From positions 136,252-200,251 of the IMG/VR virus record IMGVR_UViG_3300028549_000507: DNA of 64,000 bases; one strand, written 5' to 3'. This document shows, piece by piece, positions 9,612-19,365 of this stretch (position 1 is the first letter of the stretch; each line of letters begins with the position of its first letter). The position numbers were made by a program, and so were the translations under genes. Below the pieces are notes generated by a model that made no database searches, had not been told where the DNA came from, and worked only from the letters and a program-made list of their open reading frames with translations. The stretch is from a virus. Taxonomy: Duplodnaviria > Caudoviricetes.

Positions 9612-12600
9612 ATGAGTCATAAAATATCACAAGAAGTTTACTTTGGAGAAAAACACCCATTTAGCCAAGGGATGTTGATCGCTGTAAGAGATCTAAGAAA
9701 TGCGGTTGTATCTAGTATTGGTGCGGAATGGTCTGAAACTGATAAGCGTTCCAATATTAAAACTGCAAATGATATGTGTAATAATATTGATGGATTTGCC
9801 AAAGTTAAAGAATGTTTGTTAGCTATGGAATTGTTAATTGCAAAGCATTGTAATGTGGAGCGTGTATATGTAGGACTTTCGTCCGACTTTAATGCATATA
9901 CATACCCTCCACTATATTATGATGATGCAATTCTCGATGAAGCATTCCCCAGATCTAAAATGGTAACGAAGAGTCCTGAGGAGTTGGATAAATTCTATAA
10001 TGATATCGACTCTATTATTCTTGATAGAGCAAATGGGTATAGATTCAAGAGTAGTAAAAATAAAGTTATGATAATAAATATCGGACTAAATTTATTACTA
10101 CCTACTCAATACTCAAAATTCAATTTCAGACAAGTGAATATGACTGATGAGGATGTTTGTTCTATAATATTCCATGAGATTGGACATAACTTCCAACACA
10201 TCCTTGGCGGATGTAAGAGAATGATTGCCAATTATGATATGAGAATGGCCATAGCTCTTTCAGATGTGTTAGGTATGCTATTTTTTCCAGGTTGGTCATT
10301 TTTAACATATGCAATAATTAATATATTCCTTTCAGATACTATTGGAGTTATCAAAGGTGGCGATAAGGGTGCCGCTAGAGATCATATTACAAAAATACTA
10401 AAAGCTCATCTAAATACAACTGTTAATGGTGAGAAAGTTAATCGCGATGTTTTGGGTAAAGCTATAACAAAGGATATTCTTGGAGTCATCCAAAGATATA
10501 ACTCTGAACAGAAGCCGATACCTCAGTTTATAGGCGCGGTAGTTGGTCTACTTATCAGAGGACTTATAATGTGGTGGACCACAACAATGATCATGGGTAA
10601 GAAGTTACTTATACCATTCATTGTAACTGATACTCTCGTTAATGGTATTATTGCCGATTTGATTGGTACAAGTAAATATGTTGATAAATATAAGCAATAC
10701 GAACAGTTCGCAGATGCATTTGCCCTTGCATACGGATTCCCTTTCCCTAAGAATTTCACAAAAGCAATACTTAATCTACGAGCTGGCGGTGATGTAACAT
10801 CTGACTATCTTCCGATATTCAAGTGGGTACCGATTTTAGGCGATCTATCAATGGTTACAAGTGATGCGTATAATGAAAGAATGATAAATATCGGAGGATA
10901 TGATACTGACATTGATAGATTCCAAAATAGTCACAGATTATTGTTGAAAGAATTGGAAAAGAATAATATCCCTAAAGAATTAAGAGATGAAATCTTAGTT
11001 AAAATTGAGAAGCTTGAAAAAGAAAATGATCAATTAATGAAAGATAATGAAAATTCAAAAGGATTGATCTTTACAAATTTCATCTATAAATTGATATCAA
11101 GAAACCACACTAATAATATCGACAAAGTTGGCGAACGAACAGATATCGATAGATTATTTGATCAGGTTGAAGGGTATGCGAATACAAATGATATAAATTC
11201 TGCTATAAATACTAATGATGGTATAAAACAGTATACAACTATTAGTAAACTTATAGCCGGATCATTCAATAAACTCGGTGACTTTATGAAAAAACTTCCA
11301 AAGTTTAAAGATCTCGAGTTTGTAAATAAGTTCGATTTACAACCGGTAGGGGGTACAAGTTTTGAAAATGAACTTACCAGCATGATGGGAATTGAATCTG
11401 ATAATGCGTCATTTGGCGAAAGAATTGTTAAATCTTTGGAATCCGGCGATAGTAATCCGTCATATTCCGAAGAAGCTTATTTCGGTTCAACCCACCCATT
11501 CAGTCAACAGATGATTAATCATGTTAAGAATCTTAGAGAAGAACTTCGTAAACTTCTTGGAGCTAGTTGGAAAGATGTAAATAAGAGAAATCTTATCATC
11601 CGTAAAACTCTAGAACCTAAGGATAATATTACAGATCTTCAAAAGATACTTGAAAATATGGGTAAGTGTATTGCATTCCATTGTAATATCGAGAATGCTC
11701 ATATAGGATTATTCCCTGAGTTGAATGCTTATACGATTCCTTTATCTTGGGATAGTTCTATACTATTTAAAGATATGAGTAAAGGAGTATATAAGAAAGC
11801 TGGTATGTATTATATCAATGAAAGAGAGTTAAGAACCAATTCTGATATAGAGTCGCAACTTATAAAACTTGATGATATCGTTCTTAATAAAGATGGTTGG
11901 AAGTTTAGAAATAAAGATGGTAAAGTATTCATAATTTCATTAGGAATACCATTACTTCTTGACGATAACTTCGAAACAAGTGATGAAGATGTTTGTTCTG
12001 TAATATTTCACGAAATAGGACATAACTTCCAGCAGATTCTCCATGGAACTAACCAAATGTTTATCGATTATTATATAAGAAGTTGTATACAATTCTTATA
12101 TAGTGGACCATTCATAAGTATACTTATGTATTTTGATAATCTTATTGTTGGAGAAATTCTTAAGTCAGTAGTTGATGGGAGTGGTAAGAGTAGCAATATA
12201 CGGTATGATATTATAAGAGAAATGCTTATGGGAAATATAACCGTAAATCGTGATGGAACTATTACTACCAGAGATGATATCGGTAATGAGATGAAGGATT
12301 ATCTGTATAAGGTGATTAAGTATGCTCGTGAACATGGTGCATTTGAAAAGCTTCATGCTATATTTAAAGTTGGTAGATTCATATTTACTAATATAAGTAG
12401 AGTTATTGAAATTGGAATGGCACCTCTTACAGGTATTGCTAATACACTATATAGAAATGGTTTCAATTCTAAATATGAAACTCTCATAAAAGATAATAAG
12501 AAGTATGAACAGTTTGCGGATATGTTTGCTGTTTCATATGGATTTGGTTCAAGTAGTGCTAAACTATATCTAAATACTAGTAAATTCATTGGAGAAGAGT

Positions 12601-13166
12601 ATCCTAGCGTAGCTATTGAACCTCTTAATCATATTCCGATCTTATCAGTTATTGTTGCTGAAAATCGGTTGAGAAACTTGAAGATGATGTACAATGTAAA
12701 CGGATATGATGAACACTATGTGAGAATTGCTCAAGCACATAGAGCATTAGAATATGAGCTAAAGAATAACAAAGGTATCACTTCTAAACAAAGAAGTGAA
12801 ATCGAAGAGCATATGAAAATAATAAAATCCGACTACGATGAATATCGTAAACTCGAGATGGAAAACTTTAGAGGCAAAGGAAGTCTTTCTAAACGACTAA
12901 TGGACAAATTCCGGTCAGGGGATATTACATCGGTTGCAGATGAAAGTGGGATTGTCGATCAAGTTTTGGAAGTAATCAAAAACTATGAGGAGAATGGTAA
13001 CAAAGTTGTCGGACCTAAAATTGTAGAAGATTTTAAATCGGTGAACGGTTTATCTAAATTTAAGGAAAGAATGACATCAATGTTGTCTAAAAATATCTCA
13101 GAGTTGAATGATAAATTCAAAATAAAGTTACCATTCTCAAAGAATGAATCGGATTTATTACTATAA
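9612..13166 (+). CDS. Tandem gluzincin (M48-like) metallopeptidase, two paralogous halves
   Basis: Two copies each of CSIIFHEIGHNFQ (HExxH, nt ~10173 and ~12009), EQFADxFAxxYG and E(V/A)YFGxxHPFSQ. Confidence 0.85.
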   Translation: MSHKISQEVYFGEKHPFSQGMLIAVRDLRNAVVSSIGAEWSETDKRSNIKTANDMCNNIDGFAKVKECLLAMELLIAKHCNVERVYVGLSSDFNAYTYPPLYYDDAILDEAFPRSKMVTKSPEELDKFYNDIDSIILDRANGYRFKSSKNKVMIINIGLNLLLPTQYSKFNFRQVNMTDEDVCSIIFHEIGHNFQHILGGCKRMIANYDMRMAIALSDVLGMLFFPGWSFLTYAIINIFLSDTIGVIKGGDKGAARDHITKILKAHLNTTVNGEKVNRDVLGKAITKDILGVIQRYNSEQKPIPQFIGAVVGLLIRGLIMWWTTTMIMGKKLLIPFIVTDTLVNGIIADLIGTSKYVDKYKQYEQFADAFALAYGFPFPKNFTKAILNLRAGGDVTSDYLPIFKWVPILGDLSMVTSDAYNERMINIGGYDTDIDRFQNSHRLLLKELEKNNIPKELRDEILVKIEKLEKENDQLMKDNENSKGLIFTNFIYKLISRNHTNNIDKVGERTDIDRLFDQVEGYANTNDINSAINTNDGIKQYTTISKLIAGSFNKLGDFMKKLPKFKDLEFVNKFDLQPVGGTSFENELTSMMGIESDNASFGERIVKSLESGDSNPSYSEEAYFGSTHPFSQQMINHVKNLREELRKLLGASWKDVNKRNLIIRKTLEPKDNITDLQKILENMGKCIAFHCNIENAHIGLFPELNAYTIPLSWDSSILFKDMSKGVYKKAGMYYINERELRTNSDIESQLIKLDDIVLNKDGWKFRNKDGKVFIISLGIPLLLDDNFETSDEDVCSVIFHEIGHNFQQILHGTNQMFIDYYIRSCIQFLYSGPFISILMYFDNLIVGEILKSVVDGSGKSSNIRYDIIREMLMGNITVNRDGTITTRDDIGNEMKDYLYKVIKYAREHGAFEKLHAIFKVGRFIFTNISRVIEIGMAPLTGIANTLYRNGFNSKYETLIKDNKKYEQFADMFAVSYGFGSSSAKLYLNTSKFIGEEYPSVAIEPLNHIPILSVIVAENRLRNLKMMYNVNGYDEHYVRIAQAHRALEYELKNNKGITSKQRSEIEEHMKIIKSDYDEYRKLEMENFRGKGSLSKRLMDKFRSGDITSVADESGIVDQVLEVIKNYEENGNKVVGPKIVEDFKSVNGLSKFKERMTSMLSKNISELNDKFKIKLPFSKNESDLLL

Positions 13167-13181
13167 GATTTTATTATTTTA

Positions 13182-13209
13182 AATAAGAGGGGATTACTCC
13201 CCTCTTATT
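13182..13209. terminator. Bidirectional terminator between convergent genes
   Basis: AATAAGAGGGGA-TTAC-TCCCCTCTTATT. Confidence 0.85.
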
Positions 13210-13212
13210 AAT

Positions 13213-15702
13213 TTATACTATTGGAGCTTCTTCAACAACTCTACCATACAATATTACATCAGTATCTCGTTTACCAGAAGATCCTCTAGTACCTTGAAGA
13301 GGACTAGTTATCTTCTTAAAATTCTTAAAGTCTGCACATATAGGGTTAACTATAATAGAATCAACCTTAAATGTACTAGAATTACTACCATTAGAAAATA
13401 TCTTCATAGAAATATTTTTACCATAATCTTCATATACACCACTATTTATAGCAGATCTATTGATAGAATGAGTTCCTTCTGTTTTAAATTCCGAAGGCCC
13501 ATCTACATTATCAGTGTTGAAAGTTAAACCACTTCCACCCTTTAAAGTAAATGTATTATCCATTCTTGGTATATTTTTAAGAGTCATAGTTGTAATCCTA
13601 TCACACATCATAACTGTATCACTGGCGCTGAATTTACCGGATATATCATGGATATCAAGTATACCAGATGCTATATTATTATATCTAAAGATCGCTTGTG
13701 ATATACTATGGATTGTTAAACTCTTACCAAATACAGTACCATTTATAAACTCGGCTACAGTATTCTTCGATGTTTTAGAACTAATCTCCATAGAACCAGT
13801 ATCAAATGAAGAATCTTCAAACATAAATTTAGAATCATCTAACATATCACAAACGAATGACTCACTAACAACTTCAGTATCTTTCATTTTAACACTTGTA
13901 CTACAGATAACCGTAAGACTATCGGAACACTTTATAGACGATTTAGCAGTACTAACTTCCCCTGCATCTAATATCAATTTCTTAGATGTAATTTTGGAAT
14001 CAGCACTAATATCTATAATGTTTGGACGTTTTGCCATAGTTTTATATAATGTATCTATATCAATAGTTGATCCAGATATATTAAAAGTTCCAAGATCCCC
14101 ACCAGAATTGACCAATGTACCACATTTAATATTACAATCGGAAAGCTCAACCTCAGCCAGATCATTGAGATCTAATATGTTGAGGAATGTACCATTTCCA
14201 GTATAATTAAACTTCTTAAAAGTTAGATCGCTGAATTTCGTAACCATTACAAATTTAGGATTATCAGAAGTAACAGATCCTTCAGTTAAAGTAACTGTTT
14301 TACACAGGTCAATCTTTAAAGGTATTCCTTTAACACCTGCGGATGAACTAAATTTAGTAATATCAACTTCCTCAAATCCTGCAAGTGAGAATTTTGCTCC
14401 ATCATCTTTACCATTATAGTTCAATGTCACATCACTAAGATCAATCTTTGATAGATTTTCTATAGCACTAGATATCATGACTTTGAAATCGGAATCAATA
14501 TACATTCTATCAACTTTAAGATCTTCACCTTTAACATCTATAGATAGAGTTCCATTATCTATGCTAGATTTGAATCTAGTATTCTCAATGGAGAACTTAC
14601 CCGTAACGGTTATCTTATTATTCGCAACTTTTACACTACAATCTTTAAAGAGTAACTCATCAAAATTAGATACAGGAGGAAGGTTTATCATCATGAATCT
14701 ATTTTTTATATGTACTTTCTTAAATCGTTTTATAAATTTCTCAAATATTGGAAGAGATACTTCACAATCTAATATATCGATCTTATTGTCAGGTTTATCT
14801 ATATGATTTTCAATTATAACTTTTTCAAATTTATAATCTTTTAATCTAATATCCTTAGTAAGTATCTTTAAACCGGCTTCCATACACCCAACCATAGGTA
14901 AAATATACCGTATAAATGGAGTTTTCTCAGCGTATACTTCTGATAAGAAGTTTTTAGTATAATGATTATTAGGGAGTTCGTAATCATAATCTTTATCTAA
15001 TACGACTTTATCATTAACAAAGTATCCATCGGAAAATGATAAGAAAGTTATAACTCCACCAGTAGTAGGATCTGTATCCGGTATATTATACTCAATTCTA
15101 GTTATAGTTGGTGGAATTGTACTTGAATCAGTTGTAACCTGTTCAGTCTTTTTGCTAGTCTGAAATTCCATACGAGTATCCATATGGCTCTCTCGCAATT
15201 TATAATCTTTACTTATAGTAATTCTATCCAAAGCTACAGGTGTTGATTTATATAATAATTTTGGATTACCAATTTTTCTAAAACTTTGTACCTTTTTAGC
15301 AATTAGAGTATAAGTTCTATCTTTCTTTCCTTCTTTATACAATGACATAGAAGGAACGCTCGGTATACTATCATCGACTCTACCACCGATTCCATCATTA
15401 TATTCATCATTCGAATTATACGTTGTGGAGTTATCTACAGCAATATTAGTATATACTGAGTTTGGTGGTTTTGAATATATATCATCCGACGTTTTACCAA
15501 AGAATCGTCTACCACCAGGACCAGTCCCTATCTCCCTAGGAATCTCTTCAGTTTTAACTATAAGAGTCTTTGTTTCTTTTCTCTTATCAAAGTCGAGGAT
15601 AGTACCTTCGGCATCTGCAAGATGGATGGCGAAGCATATAAATTTCTCTACTTTAAATTGTTGAGAATCGAAGTTGTTAAGTTCAACTACTTCTTCTGCC
15701 AT
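13213..15702 (-). CDS. Hypothetical protein with probable C-terminal beta-solenoid
   Basis: 829 aa; C-terminal ~500 aa shows short-period alternating hydrophobic / S,D,K,T strands (e.g. VELSDCNIKCGTL). Confidence 0.75.
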   Translation of the reverse strand: MAEEVVELNNFDSQQFKVEKFICFAIHLADAEGTILDFDKRKETKTLIVKTEEIPREIGTGPGGRRFFGKTSDDIYSKPPNSVYTNIAVDNSTTYNSNDEYNDGIGGRVDDSIPSVPSMSLYKEGKKDRTYTLIAKKVQSFRKIGNPKLLYKSTPVALDRITISKDYKLRESHMDTRMEFQTSKKTEQVTTDSSTIPPTITRIEYNIPDTDPTTGGVITFLSFSDGYFVNDKVVLDKDYDYELPNNHYTKNFLSEVYAEKTPFIRYILPMVGCMEAGLKILTKDIRLKDYKFEKVIIENHIDKPDNKIDILDCEVSLPIFEKFIKRFKKVHIKNRFMMINLPPVSNFDELLFKDCSVKVANNKITVTGKFSIENTRFKSSIDNGTLSIDVKGEDLKVDRMYIDSDFKVMISSAIENLSKIDLSDVTLNYNGKDDGAKFSLAGFEEVDITKFSSSAGVKGIPLKIDLCKTVTLTEGSVTSDNPKFVMVTKFSDLTFKKFNYTGNGTFLNILDLNDLAEVELSDCNIKCGTLVNSGGDLGTFNISGSTIDIDTLYKTMAKRPNIIDISADSKITSKKLILDAGEVSTAKSSIKCSDSLTVICSTSVKMKDTEVVSESFVCDMLDDSKFMFEDSSFDTGSMEISSKTSKNTVAEFINGTVFGKSLTIHSISQAIFRYNNIASGILDIHDISGKFSASDTVMMCDRITTMTLKNIPRMDNTFTLKGGSGLTFNTDNVDGPSEFKTEGTHSINRSAINSGVYEDYGKNISMKIFSNGSNSSTFKVDSIIVNPICADFKNFKKITSPLQGTRGSSGKRDTDVILYGRVVEEAPIV

Positions 15703-15703
15703 T

Positions 15704-16387
15704 TTAACCTACATAAGCTTTAATTTCTAACCCTCTGTTATCAATAGGAACACCATTCTCAACACGATTGAATCGCATTTGTTCAGGTATTCTTTCAACA
15801 TTGTACCCTTCGATTTTATTACCACTAGAATCTAATGCAACCATAGTTGAATTAGAATCATCATATCTATAGTTTACTCCACCAAAATCATATTTCATAT
15901 TAGTTTCATTACTATTAACCTTCAAGTTCCCAGTAGTCATCTCAGACTTCAATCGATTTTTAAGTTCTTCCGAACCATCAGATACAATAGTACCTCTAAC
16001 ATCATTTGCTCTATTAACTTTTCTATCCTCAAAAGATTGTTTCTGAATAGTCTCTGTAAGTTGGCGCATAAGCATTGCAGTAGAGTTAACATCTTCATCA
16101 CCCTTATCAATACGCTCTTTCTTAAGTTTCAATTCTTCAACTTTCATACGAGCATTAAACGCATGACTTGTAGCCATAATCGCATCCCCACGGATACTAC
16201 TCATAGATTTCGCAGCTTCAGAAATATCCCGCAATCCGCCTGATATAGTGATACTCTGTTTAGCTTTGGATATAACTACATCAACGATACTTTTTACATT
16301 ATCATATAACTCTTGAGCCTGTCTATCGTGCTCTTTAAAGCGTCTAATACCTTCTTCAAAATCGTCAAAAGCTTCTTCATTAGTCAT
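15704..16387 (-). CDS. Hypothetical coiled-coil protein
   Basis: 227 aa, helical and charged; coupled to the downstream gene. Confidence 0.8.
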   Translation of the reverse strand: MTNEEAFDDFEEGIRRFKEHDRQAQELYDNVKSIVDVVISKAKQSITISGGLRDISEAAKSMSSIRGDAIMATSHAFNARMKVEELKLKKERIDKGDEDVNSTAMLMRQLTETIQKQSFEDRKVNRANDVRGTIVSDGSEELKNRLKSEMTTGNLKVNSNETNMKYDFGGVNYRYDDSNSTMVALDSSGNKIEGYNVERIPEQMRFNRVENGVPIDNRGLEIKAYVG

Positions 16388-16416
16388 ATTTATTTCCTTA
16401 TTGATTGTTTATATAC

Positions 16417-16428
16417 CAATGAAATGTT
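16417..16428 (-). promoter_or_regulatory. Late-type promoter motif
   Basis: AACA TTTCAT TG. Confidence 0.6.
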
Positions 16429-16453
16429 TCCATCAAACTTAAATATAAAAAAA

Positions 16454-16475
16454 AAAGAGGGATTGCTCCCTCTTT
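16454..16475 (-). terminator. Intrinsic terminator (GCAA loop on minus strand)
   Basis: AAAGAGGGA-TTGC-TCCCTCTTT followed by a long T tract on the minus strand. Confidence 0.85.
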
Positions 16476-17993
16476 CTAATCATCTAACGATATGATCTTA
16501 TTGAAACCAAGTGTATCTGGATCAATGTCACAGTTCGGTAGAATATTAAGAGTTACGCCAGGGCTATTTACGGAAGTACTGATTAGATCAGTTCTACCTG
16601 TCATAGAGTGGTGTAATCTTTTAAATTCTCTTGGAAGGAAACTCGATTTCCCACTACCTGGAGCTCCGGGTCCAATCTGAGTAGTCTTGGTTATAGCATG
16701 CATTAGACTCAAGTCATTCACATTACTTGTAAACTTACCAATATTTAATCCAGATGTTTTACCATTGATGGCATCCAATATAATGGAAGGACTAGGTCTA
16801 AACACATTCTCTAAAGCTTTGATATCTTTGTAACTACCACGAATCTTAGTAAAACGATTAGCTTTATTTTTCAATTCACTCTTGAGAGGTTCGATAATAT
16901 ACTCGGATAATCTAAGTCGTTTGTTTACAAGAGATACATCTTTGGATACGTTAGTTGAATAATTGAAAAACATCCAACGAACTACGTCATATGTACTATT
17001 GATATTTTCTTTACCAATAAACGATTTAATAATGTCACTAGTTCTAGGATCTAGCGCACTCATAAATGTAAAACGTATGCCAGCACCTTTAGTTAAACAA
17101 TTAGTTTTATCCAACATAAATCCGAGATTATAAATCCAAAAGTTTACGTCAGAAATATTTGTTTCATTAATAGTACGTTTATCCATAAGGAGTATTGTAG
17201 CAACAAGATCTCGAGTATGAACACTATTTTCAAAAATATATTTTCTAACAAGGATATACAGAGATCCAAATTTGAAGAATAGATAATCATTGTATATAAC
17301 ATCATCCGGTTCCGGTAATTCTGTAATCACTCTGAGATATAATCCGAAGTATTTCATTGTGGTATGAAATCCAAAGGTTGCAAAATAGAATAATAGGAAT
17401 GGTACATTCTTTAATTTAGAGTGAAGTTTTATAACGAATGAATTCACATTATAAACAACTCCCTTTACATCGCGAATAGTACTCTTGTATCGTTGCATTT
17501 GAATAGGCTGGGTTGCAGTTCTGAGGATAACCTCATCATACTTACCCTTCGGATCAGTTCTATTAAATGTAACAGCGTCAACCATTTGGAATGGCACACA
17601 ATATTTATTACCCTTAATAAGATAATTTACACCGTCATCGGAAATCAATGGAATGTATATAAGCATATCTACTTTACTTATAGATCCATCATAACTTAGT
17701 TTAAATTTAAACTTATAAGCTCTAGAATAAGTTTCTTCAGTGGAATAAATTTGACCATTGAATGATTTCTTAAATTTAGATTTAGCCTTATTCATTTCTC
17801 TAATTTGATTGAGATTATCGCTTGGTTCAAAGCCATCATATACGACATGATCTCTAAGTTTCTTAGCAATTTCCTTACACAAATCGTCAACAAATTCGAC
17901 CATATTGATATCCATATTTCGTCTAGCATTAACTAGATTCATATTAACCAACCGTTCTATGGTGTCGGAATAATATGCAACAAAATCGACCAT
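16476..17993 (-). CDS. rpoB: Phage RNA polymerase beta N-terminal subunit (non-virion type, AR9 gp105-like)
   Basis: YLIKGNKYCVPFQMVD; TKTTQIGPGAPG...KRLHHSMTGRTDLISTSVNSPGV aligns with the beta GPGG...DVHPTHYGRVCPIETPEG region; 505 aa. Confidence 0.85.
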   Translation of the reverse strand: MVDFVAYYSDTIERLVNMNLVNARRNMDINMVEFVDDLCKEIAKKLRDHVVYDGFEPSDNLNQIREMNKAKSKFKKSFNGQIYSTEETYSRAYKFKFKLSYDGSISKVDMLIYIPLISDDGVNYLIKGNKYCVPFQMVDAVTFNRTDPKGKYDEVILRTATQPIQMQRYKSTIRDVKGVVYNVNSFVIKLHSKLKNVPFLLFYFATFGFHTTMKYFGLYLRVITELPEPDDVIYNDYLFFKFGSLYILVRKYIFENSVHTRDLVATILLMDKRTINETNISDVNFWIYNLGFMLDKTNCLTKGAGIRFTFMSALDPRTSDIIKSFIGKENINSTYDVVRWMFFNYSTNVSKDVSLVNKRLRLSEYIIEPLKSELKNKANRFTKIRGSYKDIKALENVFRPSPSIILDAINGKTSGLNIGKFTSNVNDLSLMHAITKTTQIGPGAPGSGKSSFLPREFKRLHHSMTGRTDLISTSVNSPGVTLNILPNCDIDPDTLGFNKIISLDD

Positions 17994-18030
17994 CTGAAAC
18001 TCCCTTATTTACAGACATTACTACTCTTGC

Positions 18031-18048
18031 TATTATATATATTTGAAA
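18031..18048 (-). promoter_or_regulatory. Early-type promoter motif
   Basis: Minus strand TTTCAAATATATATAATA upstream of the nvRNAP beta gene. Confidence 0.6.
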
Positions 18049-18066
18049 AATAAATTTGAAAATATA

Positions 18067-18078
18067 CATTAACTTGTT
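18067..18078 (-). promoter_or_regulatory. Late-type promoter motif
   Basis: AACA AGTTAA TG. Confidence 0.5.
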
Positions 18079-18092
18079 TCATGTTAAATAAA

Positions 18093-18125
18093 ATATAATG
18101 GTAGGAATTACTCCTACCATTATAT
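18093..18125 (-). terminator. Intrinsic terminator
   Basis: ATATAATGGTAGGA-ATTAC-TCCTACCATTATAT. Confidence 0.8.
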
Positions 18126-18133
18126 AAATATAA

Positions 18134-19354
18134 TTAACCACCGGCAGTAATATCACTTATCAATTTACTCTTAAGTTGAGCATAAGTTATAGCTCCTCTA
18201 TCATTTCCATTCTTACAATAAATTATAGTATTATCATTTATAGTTAAAGAATTTCCATTTCCAAGAATTTTATCTCTAACGGTAATAAATGATACATTTT
18301 TAATATCTGTAGCATTTGAACCTTCTCCACTACCGGTTGAGTAGAACAATATGCTATCGCCATCATTAATATTGTTTTCCGAATTAGAAGAATTTATAGA
18401 GTATTTCTCATCGACCTTCTCCATAATATTTGCAGAAATCAATGACATAGTCACAGTTCCTTCTTCACAATAGAAATTAGCAGAATCAAGTTCTATGGCC
18501 TGCAATACTGTTGTATTCAATATTGATGATTTAAGATCTGGTCCATGGATAGCACCGTATTTTCCAGGAAGAGCACTAGATTTAAATAGGATAAAATCAT
18601 CTGCGGGATTAAATTTATCAACACCGAGAGTAAACTCTGGAATGGTAATGCTCTCCAATACGAAATCGGCAATATCACCAATAGTAGCCCAACCATCTCC
18701 AAGACTATCCTTAGAATATATTGAAAGACTATCAGTAACTCTATTAGATTCTATACCAATATTTGATACAATACTCTCAGACAGTTTTGCAAAAGAAACC
18801 TTACCAGCAGAAGAGTTTCCTCTAGTAATAGTAATATTATCTATCAGTTCCAGCTCTTCATATACTTGATTTCCAAACAGCGAACTTCTAAATACACTAT
18901 AATCGATCTTAGAATTTTCACCCGCAACAATGAGTCTAACAGAAGTTTCATCAAGATTATCAAGAGATAATACTTCAGCATCACCTTTGATTATAAACTT
19001 AGATATATTTTCTAAGGTTACAAATCCTCTAGCAGTACCTTTAATAGCTCTGATTTTTATCTCTTTAACAACGTCCGTAAAGTCAGTCTTTCCAAGCAAA
19101 TATTCATCAATTGCTGCAACGGTAAATTGTTTGTTAAAACTAGCGTTAGAATTTCTCATAGAAAATACGAGATCAGGTTTTATTTCCTGAGTAGTACCCA
19201 TATCTGTTCCGAGAATTTTATTCATTAAAGTGCCAAATTTTAAACGTCTATCACCATTTAAACCGCCAGCAATAGGTTCTATAGCATAAAATAATACATC
19301 AGAATTCAACTTATCAAGTTGCATTTCTGTAAAATTTACAACATCATTACTCAT
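18134..19354 (-). CDS. Tail-fibre-related repeat protein (~35-aa repeats)
   Basis: Repeats such as NDGDSILFY...KNVSFITVRDKILG, similar to the N-terminus of 38217-41861. Confidence 0.7.
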   Translation of the reverse strand: MSNDVVNFTEMQLDKLNSDVLFYAIEPIAGGLNGDRRLKFGTLMNKILGTDMGTTQEIKPDLVFSMRNSNASFNKQFTVAAIDEYLLGKTDFTDVVKEIKIRAIKGTARGFVTLENISKFIIKGDAEVLSLDNLDETSVRLIVAGENSKIDYSVFRSSLFGNQVYEELELIDNITITRGNSSAGKVSFAKLSESIVSNIGIESNRVTDSLSIYSKDSLGDGWATIGDIADFVLESITIPEFTLGVDKFNPADDFILFKSSALPGKYGAIHGPDLKSSILNTTVLQAIELDSANFYCEEGTVTMSLISANIMEKVDEKYSINSSNSENNINDGDSILFYSTGSGEGSNATDIKNVSFITVRDKILGNGNSLTINDNTIIYCKNGNDRGAITYAQLKSKLISDITAGG

Positions 19355-19365
19355 ATCATTTCTCC

